A stretch of 59,477 bases of DNA from a virus. Shown here in pieces: positions 28,283-35,952 of this stretch. The notes beneath the pieces were generated by a model. The model had not been told where the DNA came from. It saw only the letters and a program-made list of their open reading frames with translations, and ran no database searches. The stretch is from the IMG/VR virus record IMGVR_UViG_3300022851_000003. One strand, written 5' to 3'. Numbering within the stretch: the first letter of the stretch is position 1; each line of letters begins with the position of its first letter. Both the position numbers and the translations under genes were made by a program.

Positions 28283-29290
28283 TCAGCTTGCCTCCCATTC
28301 TTTCTTGTAGTTCAGGTAATTCGGCATTGGCAGCGACAACACATCTCCGTAATGTTCGTGCTTCCAGATACCGCTCGACTCGCATCGACGCAGACCACGG
28401 AACGCCTTCTCGATCTCTTCGACCGCTTGATCGATCCAAGCCGGTTCCAATTCGTAGACCTCCACGCGATAAGGTTTCTTTTTCTCAACGCAGACGAAGT
28501 GAAACGGAACCTCGCGACCCAGCAACGCGTTGACCATGCTGCCGTACAAGACTCGTTGCCGGGCATACCCGAAGTCGGCGACCGCGTTGGCAAACCCTTT
28601 CGGTGATGCACTCCGCACGGTCTTCAAGTCGGCAACGAAACCGCCCATCGCCGTCTCGCTATATCGATCCAACTTGCATCGCGTCAGAATGCCGGTGCCC
28701 GCGTGCTCGCCGATCAACGGAACCTCGCTTTCACCTTCACCGAACAGCAGACGATTGGCCGAGTCGTGAGCACGCAAGGCGTCCTCCATGTCACGAAGCT
28801 GATCGTACGTCTCGTTCGACGTGACAACCTGGCCCTCGGGAACAACGACCGACGATCGAACCTTTTGCTCGAGCTGATCGAACTCCTCGCTTTTCATCAA
28901 CACGCTGCCCTTATGCAACTTGGCCCAATCCGTGTAAGGCTTGCCACGGCAATAACCTTGCTCGTTCAACACATGATCGGGAATCCGAGTCGCGATCCGA
29001 AACTTCGAGGCGATCTTCAAATACTCATTACGCGAAACCCCGGTCACTTCGGGATCCAGCACGGTCGACGTTTGCAGCCCACCCTCGAGCGTCATCTCAT
29101 GAAGGGCGGTGCCGAGCAATCTATCCGGCGTATCGCCACTGGGTTCGATCAGACCCGTGTTGTAAAGACCGTCGTACAGAGCCGGGTCATCGAGGAACCT
29201 GCTCATCTTCGAGTTACTGACGCCTGGCCCAGCGTGATACTCTTCGTTGGTGCCAGCATCAAAACGTTCAATAGCGGTGAACTGAATCAC
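28283..29290 (-). CDS. RecE/YqaJ-like PD-(D/E)xK exonuclease
   Basis: N-terminal EEYHAGPGVSNSKMSRFLDDPALY typical of exonuclease VIII-like proteins; directly upstream of recT; GTG start overlaps csrA stop. Confidence 0.6.
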   Translation of the reverse strand: MIQFTAIERFDAGTNEEYHAGPGVSNSKMSRFLDDPALYDGLYNTGLIEPSGDTPDRLLGTALHEMTLEGGLQTSTVLDPEVTGVSRNEYLKIASKFRIATRIPDHVLNEQGYCRGKPYTDWAKLHKGSVLMKSEEFDQLEQKVRSSVVVPEGQVVTSNETYDQLRDMEDALRAHDSANRLLFGEGESEVPLIGEHAGTGILTRCKLDRYSETAMGGFVADLKTVRSASPKGFANAVADFGYARQRVLYGSMVNALLGREVPFHFVCVEKKKPYRVEVYELEPAWIDQAVEEIEKAFRGLRRCESSGIWKHEHYGDVLSLPMPNYLNYKKEWEAS

Positions 29291-29466
29291 TTATCATTAC
29301 TTTCATTCTTGGGTTGGGTTTGAATAATGTCATCCCGATGGATGTCGATGGTCCGATCCGCGTCGATACCGATACGAACCTTGTCGCCACGAATGTCAAC
29401 GACAACGACCTTGATGTCCTTGCCAATCATGATGGCTTCACCAATGCGTCTACTAAGAACCAACAC
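29287..29466 (-). CDS. csrA: CsrA/RsmA-family RNA-binding regulator
   Basis: VLVLSRRIGEAIMIGKDIKVVVVDIRGDKVRIGIDADRTIDIHRDDI aligns with CsrA ([46 protein letters not shown]); GTG start 6 nt after GGGAG. Confidence 0.7.
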   Translation of the reverse strand: MLVLSRRIGEAIMIGKDIKVVVVDIRGDKVRIGIDADRTIDIHRDDIIQTQPKNESNDK

Positions 29467-29509
29467 GCCACACTCCCTTTGGTGTTGAAGAACAGGACTT
29501 TCAAAACAT

Positions 29510-29594
29510 TCGAGGCGATCGGAATCGAACCGACGCACGCCACCTTTCCGCAAACGCTTCTTAAATGGCCGCTCTACCAGTGAGCTACGCCTCG
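29510..29594 (-). tRNA. tRNA-like element with non-canonical anticodon region
   Basis: Acceptor CGAGGCG/CGCCTCG, D-arm GCTC-ACTGGTA-GAGC, T-arm GTCGG-TTCGATT-CCGAT; a 4-bp stem with a 23-nt loop replaces the anticodon arm. Confidence 0.4.
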
Positions 29595-29703
29595 ATGGGT
29601 CACAATGGGGTGGCAAATCCCCGGTTCCTACCTTTCGGTAACGTCGCTTGCTTCACCACGACGCGCCGCCATGCCTATCTACAAATCCTTGATTGGTTCG
29701 ACC

Positions 29704-29976
29704 TCAGCTAGACAGTGGGATCAGGACTTCAAAGGTGGGGACGCATTCGACCTTGCTGACCTTCAGACCGTAGAGACTGTCGAGTTCCATCACCAAGTTG
29801 CCGGTGCGAATCTTGTCTCCGTGCTTAAAAGCGACGTTATGTCCCTTGAGCGTTTCCTTGATGGCGTCGCAAACAATCTTGCGTCGCTTCATCGCATCGT
29901 CCTGGGTCTTGTCGATCGAGGCGATCTCGTTGAGGGCTTCATCCAACATCAACGATTCATTATCACGAACATTCAT
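29704..29976 (-). CDS. hypothetical protein (first gene of early operon)
   Basis: ORF 29704-29994; ATG at 29976 preceded by AAAGGA. Confidence 0.4.
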   Translation of the reverse strand: MNVRDNESLMLDEALNEIASIDKTQDDAMKRRKIVCDAIKETLKGHNVAFKHGDKIRTGNLVMELDSLYGLKVSKVECVPTFEVLIPLSS

Positions 29977-29994
29977 CTCATTCCTTTCGAGCAC

Positions 29995-30043
29995 AAAAAA
30001 ACCCCGGTTCGTTCTGGAGTGTGCGGCCGAAACGAAACGGGGT
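29995..30043 (-). terminator. intrinsic terminator-like hairpin plus T6
   Basis: Minus-strand stem ACCCCGTTTCGTT/AACGAACCGGGGT with 17-nt loop followed by TTTTTT, 16 nt upstream of the next RBS. Confidence 0.45.
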
Positions 30044-30266
30044 AGGCCGAAGCCTTCAAAAGTTGAGTTGTCGACCGCACGAGTGGAAGATTAAGCGAGC
30101 GGCTGCGTGATTCCAGATCGGTGACCACGGACAATCACCGGCACCCGGCTAGCCAAGGATGGCGACGGCGCACCGAGGCTGACCGCAGGTAAAAGTTTCG
30201 GATTTCTTTGCAAACCGACAAATATCCATTTCCCCCGACTCAGGTGTCTCGATCCCCATCCATGTC

Positions 30267-30290
30267 GTGGTCACCAAATTGGTCACCAAA
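30267..30290 (+). repeat. candidate integrase arm-type site (GGTCACCAAA x2)
   Basis: GTGGTCACCAAATTGGTCACCAAA; second copy at 30516-30539. Confidence 0.45.
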
Positions 30291-30419
30291 CGGCGTGCGA
30301 ACCAACGCTCACGCCACGAAACGCAGGAATCCCCTTGCCTCCTATACGCAAAACAGCCCACGCGAATCAGGTTCACGAAGGCTGAGAGACGGCTAGCGTA
30401 AGACAAAGGGATTTAGGAT

Positions 30420-30463
30420 CCAGTTCCTTTACTGGAGTGCAGGTTCGATTCCTGTCAGCCCTA
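30420..30463 (+). other. tRNA 3' fragment (candidate attP core)
   Basis: T-arm GCAGG-TTCGATT-CCTGT plus acceptor 3' strand CAGCCCT-A; no complementary 5' acceptor strand upstream. Confidence 0.45.
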
Positions 30464-30515
30464 CTTATAAGAAATGTTTCACTTTTCAAAACCAATCAAA
30501 GTCAGGAAGACTCCC

Positions 30516-30539
30516 GTGGTCACCAAACTGGTCACCAAA
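30516..30539 (+). repeat. candidate integrase arm-type site, copy 2
   Basis: GTGGTCACCAAACTGGTCACCAAA overlapping the integrase 3' end. Confidence 0.45.
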
Positions 30540-31706
30540 TCACGATTGTTTGTACGGCGATTCATCGAAGTCGATCTTCCCTTGCAGATCACCGACGTAG
30601 AATTTCCGCGTCGTTGTCTCGCTCGAATGCCGCAGGATCTCCTGGCACAGTTGGATAGGCATCCCACGCAGGCTCCATCGCGTGACCATGCTCGACCGGA
30701 AGTGTTTGGCCGTGGCCGTCTTCGGTGGCGACCCGGGTTCGGCGATCACCTCGGCCTTGGCTCCGATCGCGGAGATCAGCTTGGACAGAGCGGTTCGGTC
30801 TTTCACTTCGCCGGTCTCGCAACGCGGCTGGTAAATCGCTTCCGTCCGATCCGCCCGCTCCCGCAGGTGCGATGCGAAGTCGTTGGTAATCCTGGCGACC
30901 TGCGCACGCCGGTTCTTCTGGGCGGAAGTCCACGACATCATCGGTGTCGGCGTGTCGAGTCCGATCGGGTAATGCCAGTCACGGCGGGTTGCGTGCATCC
31001 CCAACGGCTCTCGCATCCGACAACCACTGAGCCAAAGAGCTTCCAGGTATTCCTGAACACTCGCCGCCGACCGGGATCCAACCAGGCCCGGGCAAACGTC
31101 CTGCATCTTCCGCAGCGATTCCTCACTGATCGGGATCAACCGCATCGCAGGAAGGTTCTGCTCTTGTCGGCCACGTCTTCGATTCGGCGGCATGTATCGC
31201 ATCAACTCCAGGGAAGCCGCCCACGAAAGACCGCTTCGGAGCGTTGCCATGTAACTCGGGATCGATCCGACCGCGATCGGCTTAAAGCCATCAATCCCCC
31301 GTCGAAGCGCAGTTTCCACCGAGGCGAGGAACAGAGGGGACACGTCCGAAAGAACGAACTCCCCTTGAATGTCCCGGCCCGCAACGGCATCGACGCGTTT
31401 ACAGACGGCAGACCACTTGTATCGGTTGTCGCTCGATGTGTCACTGAGATGGTCAGTCAGGTAGCGATCGCAGAAACGATCCCACGTCCATCCCTCGTTC
31501 CCCGAATTCAGCTTGGAATTCAGTTTGCTCTGAAGCTCGTCGGCCAGTTTATCGGCCGCTCGCTTCGATCTCTTGGAACGGGTGATGATTTCGGTCTTCT
31601 GGGTCTTAACAGACCGCGAGCCGAAGGGCCGCCACTTCAAGTAGTAGCAGCCCTTCGACGATTTCCAAAACGCGCTCACCCGCACAGTGGGCGCACAATG
31701 ATTCAT
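30540..31706 (-). CDS. int: tyrosine integrase
   Basis: C-terminal catalytic region KHFRSSMVTRW ... LRHSSETTTRKFYV (HxxR, H, Y); next to tRNA-derived att core. Confidence 0.8.
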   Translation of the reverse strand: MNHCAPTVRVSAFWKSSKGCYYLKWRPFGSRSVKTQKTEIITRSKRSKRAADKLADELQSKLNSKLNSGNEGWTWDRFCDRYLTDHLSDTSSDNRYKWSAVCKRVDAVAGRDIQGEFVLSDVSPLFLASVETALRRGIDGFKPIAVGSIPSYMATLRSGLSWAASLELMRYMPPNRRRGRQEQNLPAMRLIPISEESLRKMQDVCPGLVGSRSAASVQEYLEALWLSGCRMREPLGMHATRRDWHYPIGLDTPTPMMSWTSAQKNRRAQVARITNDFASHLRERADRTEAIYQPRCETGEVKDRTALSKLISAIGAKAEVIAEPGSPPKTATAKHFRSSMVTRWSLRGMPIQLCQEILRHSSETTTRKFYVGDLQGKIDFDESPYKQS

Positions 31707-31981
31707 GGGGTTTTCGACGATTCCTTTGTCCGAGATGCCGCGCCCGACTTCCGCCGACGCTCGGCCTTAGCTTCCACTGTATCCACTTTGGTCGCGCCGA
31801 TGACCGCATTCTTGAAGTCCAGACCCAGAACCATTAGGCATCCTTCCCAGGGTTCGGAGTGGACACATTGCTCGCGAACGAATCGCTTCACCTCGGCCAT
31901 CGACTTCCCGAGGATCTCCCGTAGTTCATCGCAGGTGTATAGAACGTCGTCTTCAATTGCTCTAAATCGGGCTTTTGCCAT
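31703..31981 (-). CDS. excisionase-like DNA-binding protein
   Basis: ORF 31703-32026; ATG at 31981 gives MAKARFRAIEDDVLYTCDELREILGKSMAEVKRFV; stop overlaps int start. Confidence 0.4.
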   Translation of the reverse strand: MAKARFRAIEDDVLYTCDELREILGKSMAEVKRFVREQCVHSEPWEGCLMVLGLDFKNAVIGATKVDTVEAKAERRRKSGAASRTKESSKTP

Positions 31982-32129
31982 TTCAAATAATCCTTGACTT
32001 AGCCGCTGGCAGGCACTATCGTGCATCCATACCGGTAACGGCCACCCTCACTGGGTTGGTTTGTAATCTGGAAATAGCTGATTGGGAACTTTCTTAGGGT
32101 ATAACAATCAGCGACGAAAACTTGGAACA

Positions 32130-32155
32130 AGCACGCCTGCCAGCGTGCTTTTTTT
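32130..32155 (+). terminator. intrinsic terminator
   Basis: AGCACGC-ctgcca-GCGTGCT followed by TTTTTT. Confidence 0.5.
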
Positions 32156-32577
32156 TATGCGCGGTCAGTTCATCGACTCGCCTCCTTTCTGCGTGAGCGC
32201 GTGAATACACTTGTATTTCTGAACTTTGTTCTCCGCGCAGCTTCCCAGATGACTAATATCTGAGTGCGGAGGAAGCGCCATTGAAGTGAATCCATTCTGA
32301 GGGATTGGCTTAGATGGTCCGGCATCTGTGTCGTTAGCACATTCGCCGGCCTTCGTTTTTGTTCGGGGATCATAGCGGCAATTGGTCGACGATCAAGGGA
32401 GTTGGTGGAAAACATCCACTAAGCAGCGAGTGCGGGTGCCCAAAATACACCGCCTGGTGACACGTTTGGTCCCAGATCGCCCAGCAAGAAAAGAGAAAAC
32501 CCAGAGCCTCGGGACTCAAACCCGCTTGGTTGAAAGGATGTGTCTCACCCTGGGTTCTCTCTTGGGGAATCGCAGGA

Positions 32578-32931
32578 CTATCCCTGATCCTGCTTCTCCC
32601 GAAGGCGTTTGGCCGCCCACCCACGGCGCTGAGCTGTTGCTCGTTTATCCCGAACCTCCCTTTCCTCTTGCGTCCATTCCGCCAAGCGGATCGTGACAGC
32701 TCCGTTCTTGCCGACGTTCCTGAGAACCTTGTAGTCGTGCCCTTGATTGCGAAGCCATCCTTTGAGGCGATCGATCAAAGACCTGGGGGTTGCCCCCTTC
32801 GCAAAATCAACGCCGGGCTCAAATGTCCAGTCAGTGCCGATATCCATGAGACAGTCCCACATCGACTTCTTGCTCTGCTGTTGGCTCTTGTAAAAAGCCT
32901 CTGGCGTCTCAACCCGTACTTGCTTTGGCAT
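32578..32931 (-). CDS. hypothetical protein
   Basis: 117-aa basic ORF in a low-coding region. Confidence 0.4.
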   Translation of the reverse strand: MPKQVRVETPEAFYKSQQQSKKSMWDCLMDIGTDWTFEPGVDFAKGATPRSLIDRLKGWLRNQGHDYKVLRNVGKNGAVTIRLAEWTQEEREVRDKRATAQRRGWAAKRLREKQDQG

Positions 32932-33043
32932 GTTCCATCACTCCCATTGACCTGTGACTAACTCGAAATCGGTAAACATCGTCTCATTTTGAGACACAAT
33001 CTCATTCTGAGACAGCCAGAGTACAGGAAACGCGAACCAAAGT

Positions 33044-33060
33044 GAACGAAGTTGCGACAC
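33044..33060 (+). promoter_or_regulatory. TTGCGACAC motif, copy 1
   Basis: GAACGAAGTTGCGACAC; related copies at 44797-44817 and 54991-55021, all intergenic. Confidence 0.3.
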
Positions 33061-33632
33061 TTTTGATTTTTTTCCTTCCAATTGGTTGACGTTTACTGAA
33101 GAATCCGTAGGTCGGGTGTCGAGAACCGATGAAAGTTTTGAAACATCTCGACCAGGGGAACAGACGAAGCGGTCCCCGCGCCACCATGAGCTAGCACCTC
33201 AGCACCAACCGCTTCACCAAAGTCTGAAAGCTCAGGCCGGGTGAGAAACCCATAAGTCAGCCCTGAGCCAGCAAACCCCTTGCAAATGACTGACGGCGTG
33301 GACTGACAGGTAACCCCTGAACAGCGAGTGTGAGCCGGTGATTAACCTTAATCACAAATCTGGATCACTGGAAACCGTTCTGTAAACGCAGAAGCAAAGC
33401 GATAATCCCCCCTTATAAGTCACAGTCTACCCAGCTTCCCCAGTTCAACGACCGTTGGCCCTGTGGGGGACTAAATAGTTTGGGTGGGATATATAGTATA
33501 CAGCGGGGCCGGTCGGGGTCGGGCCACCCCCATCGACGTAACTCCTTGCTGCTGCTTGACTTACGCACGGCGAACGCGAACGAAAAGGATCAGGCATCTC
33601 GTTTCCACCATAAAACCGAATGCATGTCCCTG

Positions 33633-34060
33633 TTACGAGTTCTTGGCGAGTGCCTCGTCGGTAGTGGATTTGCCAGCGTTCACTGCTTGCTTGGCCTTCT
33701 CCACGCGATAGCTCGGCACGTTCAATTCGATGCTCACGCTGTGATGCACCAACAAGCTGCATGTCGTGAAGAGAACACTGCGTCCCGATAACACCAACTG
33801 CTCCGCCAACGCACATAAGGCATGGCTCTTCCCCGAGCCCGGTTTGCCGAACAGCAGAAGATTCTCTCGGCGATCCAAGAACGATCCCAGGAGATTCCCA
33901 GGAATACTTATCCACAATTGCTGCAGCGGTTTGAGTAGGCGAATCGTTGGATCTGAGCGTCGGTAGCGTGTTCGGAATTGCGCTTGTGGAAAATATTCTT
34001 GCGAGAATCGGAATTGACTTGCTGCAACGAGCTCGCGTAACGTCTCGCCAGACGTTTGAC
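33633..34060 (-). pseudogene. DnaC/IstB-like AAA+ ATPase fragment
   Basis: LLLFGKPGSGKSHALCALAEQLVLSGRSVLFTT (Walker A) but only about 55 aa follow and no Walker B; N-terminal region also short. Confidence 0.4.
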
Positions 34061-34107
34061 ACTTTGTCAGACGCAAACGCAATCCCGATAACCTAAAGGA
34101 TCGGATT

Positions 34108-35061
34108 ATGAAAGTTGCTGAATTAGACCTGTGTGGTGGCGTACGCGCTGCTTTTCCGTTTGCCTGCCCTTGGCGAACTGACCGGGAGTTACCTGAGACA
34201 ATGCCGCAGGGCTCGGTGGTGCGGCGATTGGAACCGTTTGACGATGGCGATGATGCCATCGTTGGCGATGATACCAACGATGGCATCATAACCGCGGGGC
34301 GCAAGCACGATAGGACGGGGCGTGATGATGCGCGGGGCGTCGGTGATGATTCGGAGCGATACGCAGCTCTGGCGGACGTGCTGGGTGATGATGACGCGAC
34401 GATGGATGAGCTGTGCGCCGCATTCCTCAGCGCATCGCGGGACGCTGTGCGTGGTGCCCTGGACGATGCGGAATCGGCCCTGCTTGCGGAGTCGTTCCAA
34501 GAGACCCTGCCCGCGCTCGAGAAGGCGTTGAAGCGATACTATCATAACAGAACCGGTAATGTCGACGATGCGGTGTCTTGGTGCGTGTCCGAGCTGTATA
34601 CGAGCGTGGTCGATGCGGTGTTGCGGGGTCGTCTTGCAGTCCCGGCCAATGCTAGCCAATGGATCGGCAGCGCTCGCAAAATTCGAGGTGGCTATTGGAG
34701 CTCCAACCAGATCGTGATAGATGGAATGCCCGTAGCGCTGTTCGGGTGTGATGACACGGCTAACGATCACTACGAAAGTAGCCACCTCGATAGCGATGAC
34801 ACAATCCGCGTCTCTCGCCTGCGTCTGGATAACGAGCAGTTTGCTAAACATCTCGTTTCGTTGTACGAACTCGGTGCGCAGTGTGACGACGCACCGGGCT
34901 GGGTAGTCGAATCCCTTTGCCTGCTAGTGGAGCATCCTACCGCTACGCAGTCAGAATACGCCGCACAACGTGGAGTCACGGTGGCATGGTGGAAGCGGTC
35001 GCTAGTCGACATCCGCAAAGCAATCCGGTTCGGCGCGTTGCTAGGCGTATTGGATTGCTAA
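34108..35061 (+). CDS. hypothetical acidic protein
   Basis: 317-aa ORF with AAAGGA RBS; followed by a strong terminator. Confidence 0.5.
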   Translation: MKVAELDLCGGVRAAFPFACPWRTDRELPETMPQGSVVRRLEPFDDGDDAIVGDDTNDGIITAGRKHDRTGRDDARGVGDDSERYAALADVLGDDDATMDELCAAFLSASRDAVRGALDDAESALLAESFQETLPALEKALKRYYHNRTGNVDDAVSWCVSELYTSVVDAVLRGRLAVPANASQWIGSARKIRGGYWSSNQIVIDGMPVALFGCDDTANDHYESSHLDSDDTIRVSRLRLDNEQFAKHLVSLYELGAQCDDAPGWVVESLCLLVEHPTATQSEYAAQRGVTVAWWKRSLVDIRKAIRFGALLGVLDC

Positions 35062-35073
35062 GAAACGAGAAAA

Positions 35074-35105
35074 CCCCGCGTGACACACAATCACGCGGGG
35101 TTTTT
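35074..35105. terminator. intrinsic terminator (bidirectional)
   Basis: CCCCGCGTGA-cacacaa-TCACGCGGGG followed by TTTTT; A-run upstream. Confidence 0.6.
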
Positions 35106-35134
35106 ATTTGCCTTGACCTGATCGGATCGGCGCA

Positions 35135-35181
35135 CGAAAAAACCGCTCGCCCCAATTGTTGAGGCGAGCGGTTGTGTTTTT
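35135..35181. terminator. intrinsic terminator (bidirectional)
   Basis: AAAAAA-ACCGCTCGCC-loop-GGCGAGCGGT-TGTGTTTTT, just downstream of minus gene 35193-35666. Confidence 0.5.
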
Positions 35182-35192
35182 CCTTGTGGAAC

Positions 35193-35666
35193 TCAACGGT
35201 TCAGTTGAGCCTTGACTCGATCGCCCATCGTTGATGCCGATTTAGCGGGCGTCTTGGCCTGCTTCGCGGGTTGAGCGGCCGCCGACGCCTCGTTTGACGG
35301 CGCCCCCCCCTGCGATGATATGAACTGGGCGAACATTGCGAGCATCTCGGCCGGCATGGCCGGCATGGCCGGCATGGCAACTGTCGGCGCTTCCACTGTC
35401 GGCGCTTCCACTTTCGGCGCTTCCACTTTCGGCGCGGCCTGCTGTGCCGTGGCTGCGTCCATCGCGTCGAGCATCTTTTGGAACGTCTTAGCGTCGCCAA
35501 GAATCGCGTGCAATTCGTCGCGATAGATGGAGCGGAAGCGCCCCCGGGCACCAGCCTGCAATTGCAGAACTGGTGTAGCATCGGATCGTCCACCGAACGT
35601 GGTGAGCTGTGCTGTAAAAGTCGTTTTGCCATGGACGACTTCCGAAATGATCTGATTCGTGGTCAT
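35193..35666 (-). CDS. hypothetical protein with internal tandem repeats
   Basis: 157-aa ORF containing APKVEAPKVEAPTVEAPTVAMPAMPAMPA. Confidence 0.5.
   Translation of the reverse strand: MTTNQIISEVVHGKTTFTAQLTTFGGRSDATPVLQLQAGARGRFRSIYRDELHAILGDAKTFQKMLDAMDAATAQQAAPKVEAPKVEAPTVEAPTVAMPAMPAMPAEMLAMFAQFISSQGGAPSNEASAAAQPAKQAKTPAKSASTMGDRVKAQLNR
35351..35440. repeat. in-frame tandem repeats (9-bp x3 and 15-bp x4)
   Basis: CGGCATGGC x3 then GTCGGCGCTTCCACT x4 inside the CDS. Confidence 0.6.
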
Positions 35667-35793
35667 TGTGATTCTCCAGTTTGTGAATCAAGTGAACGTC
35701 TTGCCCCGGTCTGTCGCCGGGTTCGTTTCAAGGTGCCGAGGGGGGTGGTTGGTCATGGATGCGTTGCGATGCGAACGCGATACGTCTATCGAA

Positions 35794-35833
35794 ATCCGCC
35801 AGTCGCGTTAAATCGCAATCCGTCAGTCGCGTT
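35794..35833 (+). promoter_or_regulatory. operator-like direct repeats in divergent intergenic region
   Basis: ATCCGCCAGTCGCGTT and ATCCGTCAGTCGCGTT spaced 24 bp apart between divergent operons. Confidence 0.35.
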
Positions 35834-35872
35834 TCCATTGCATCGATTGACTTGAATTGAATTCCGCCAGCC

Positions 35873-35894
35873 ACCACCCCCCTGCCCACCTTGG
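35873..35894 (+). promoter_or_regulatory. 22-bp ACCACCCC...CCACCTTG motif, copy A
   Basis: ACCACCCCCCTGCCCACCTTGG, 59 nt upstream of the ATG at 35953. Confidence 0.4.
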
Positions 35895-35952
35895 ACCGAC
35901 AGCACCGGGCACTTGGCTCGGTAGCACCTGGTTCATTCTGGAGATTGATACA

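Noticed and set aside
30361-30463. Complete tRNA gene at the att region
   Set aside because: Only the T-arm and 3' acceptor strand are present; no complementary 5' acceptor strand within 100 nt upstream.
30474-31997. 507-aa plus-strand ORF
   Set aside because: Lies entirely antisense to the integrase and excisionase-like genes, which have clear catalytic motifs; Arg/Pro-rich composition typical of spurious GC-rich antisense frames.
33633-34304. Intact IS21-type insertion sequence
   Set aside because: Only a truncated IstB/DnaC-like fragment is present; no IstA transposase and no terminal inverted repeats seen.
35351-35440. Possible CRISPR array
   Set aside because: Repeat units are 9 and 15 bp, directly tandem with no spacers, and lie in frame inside a coding sequence.
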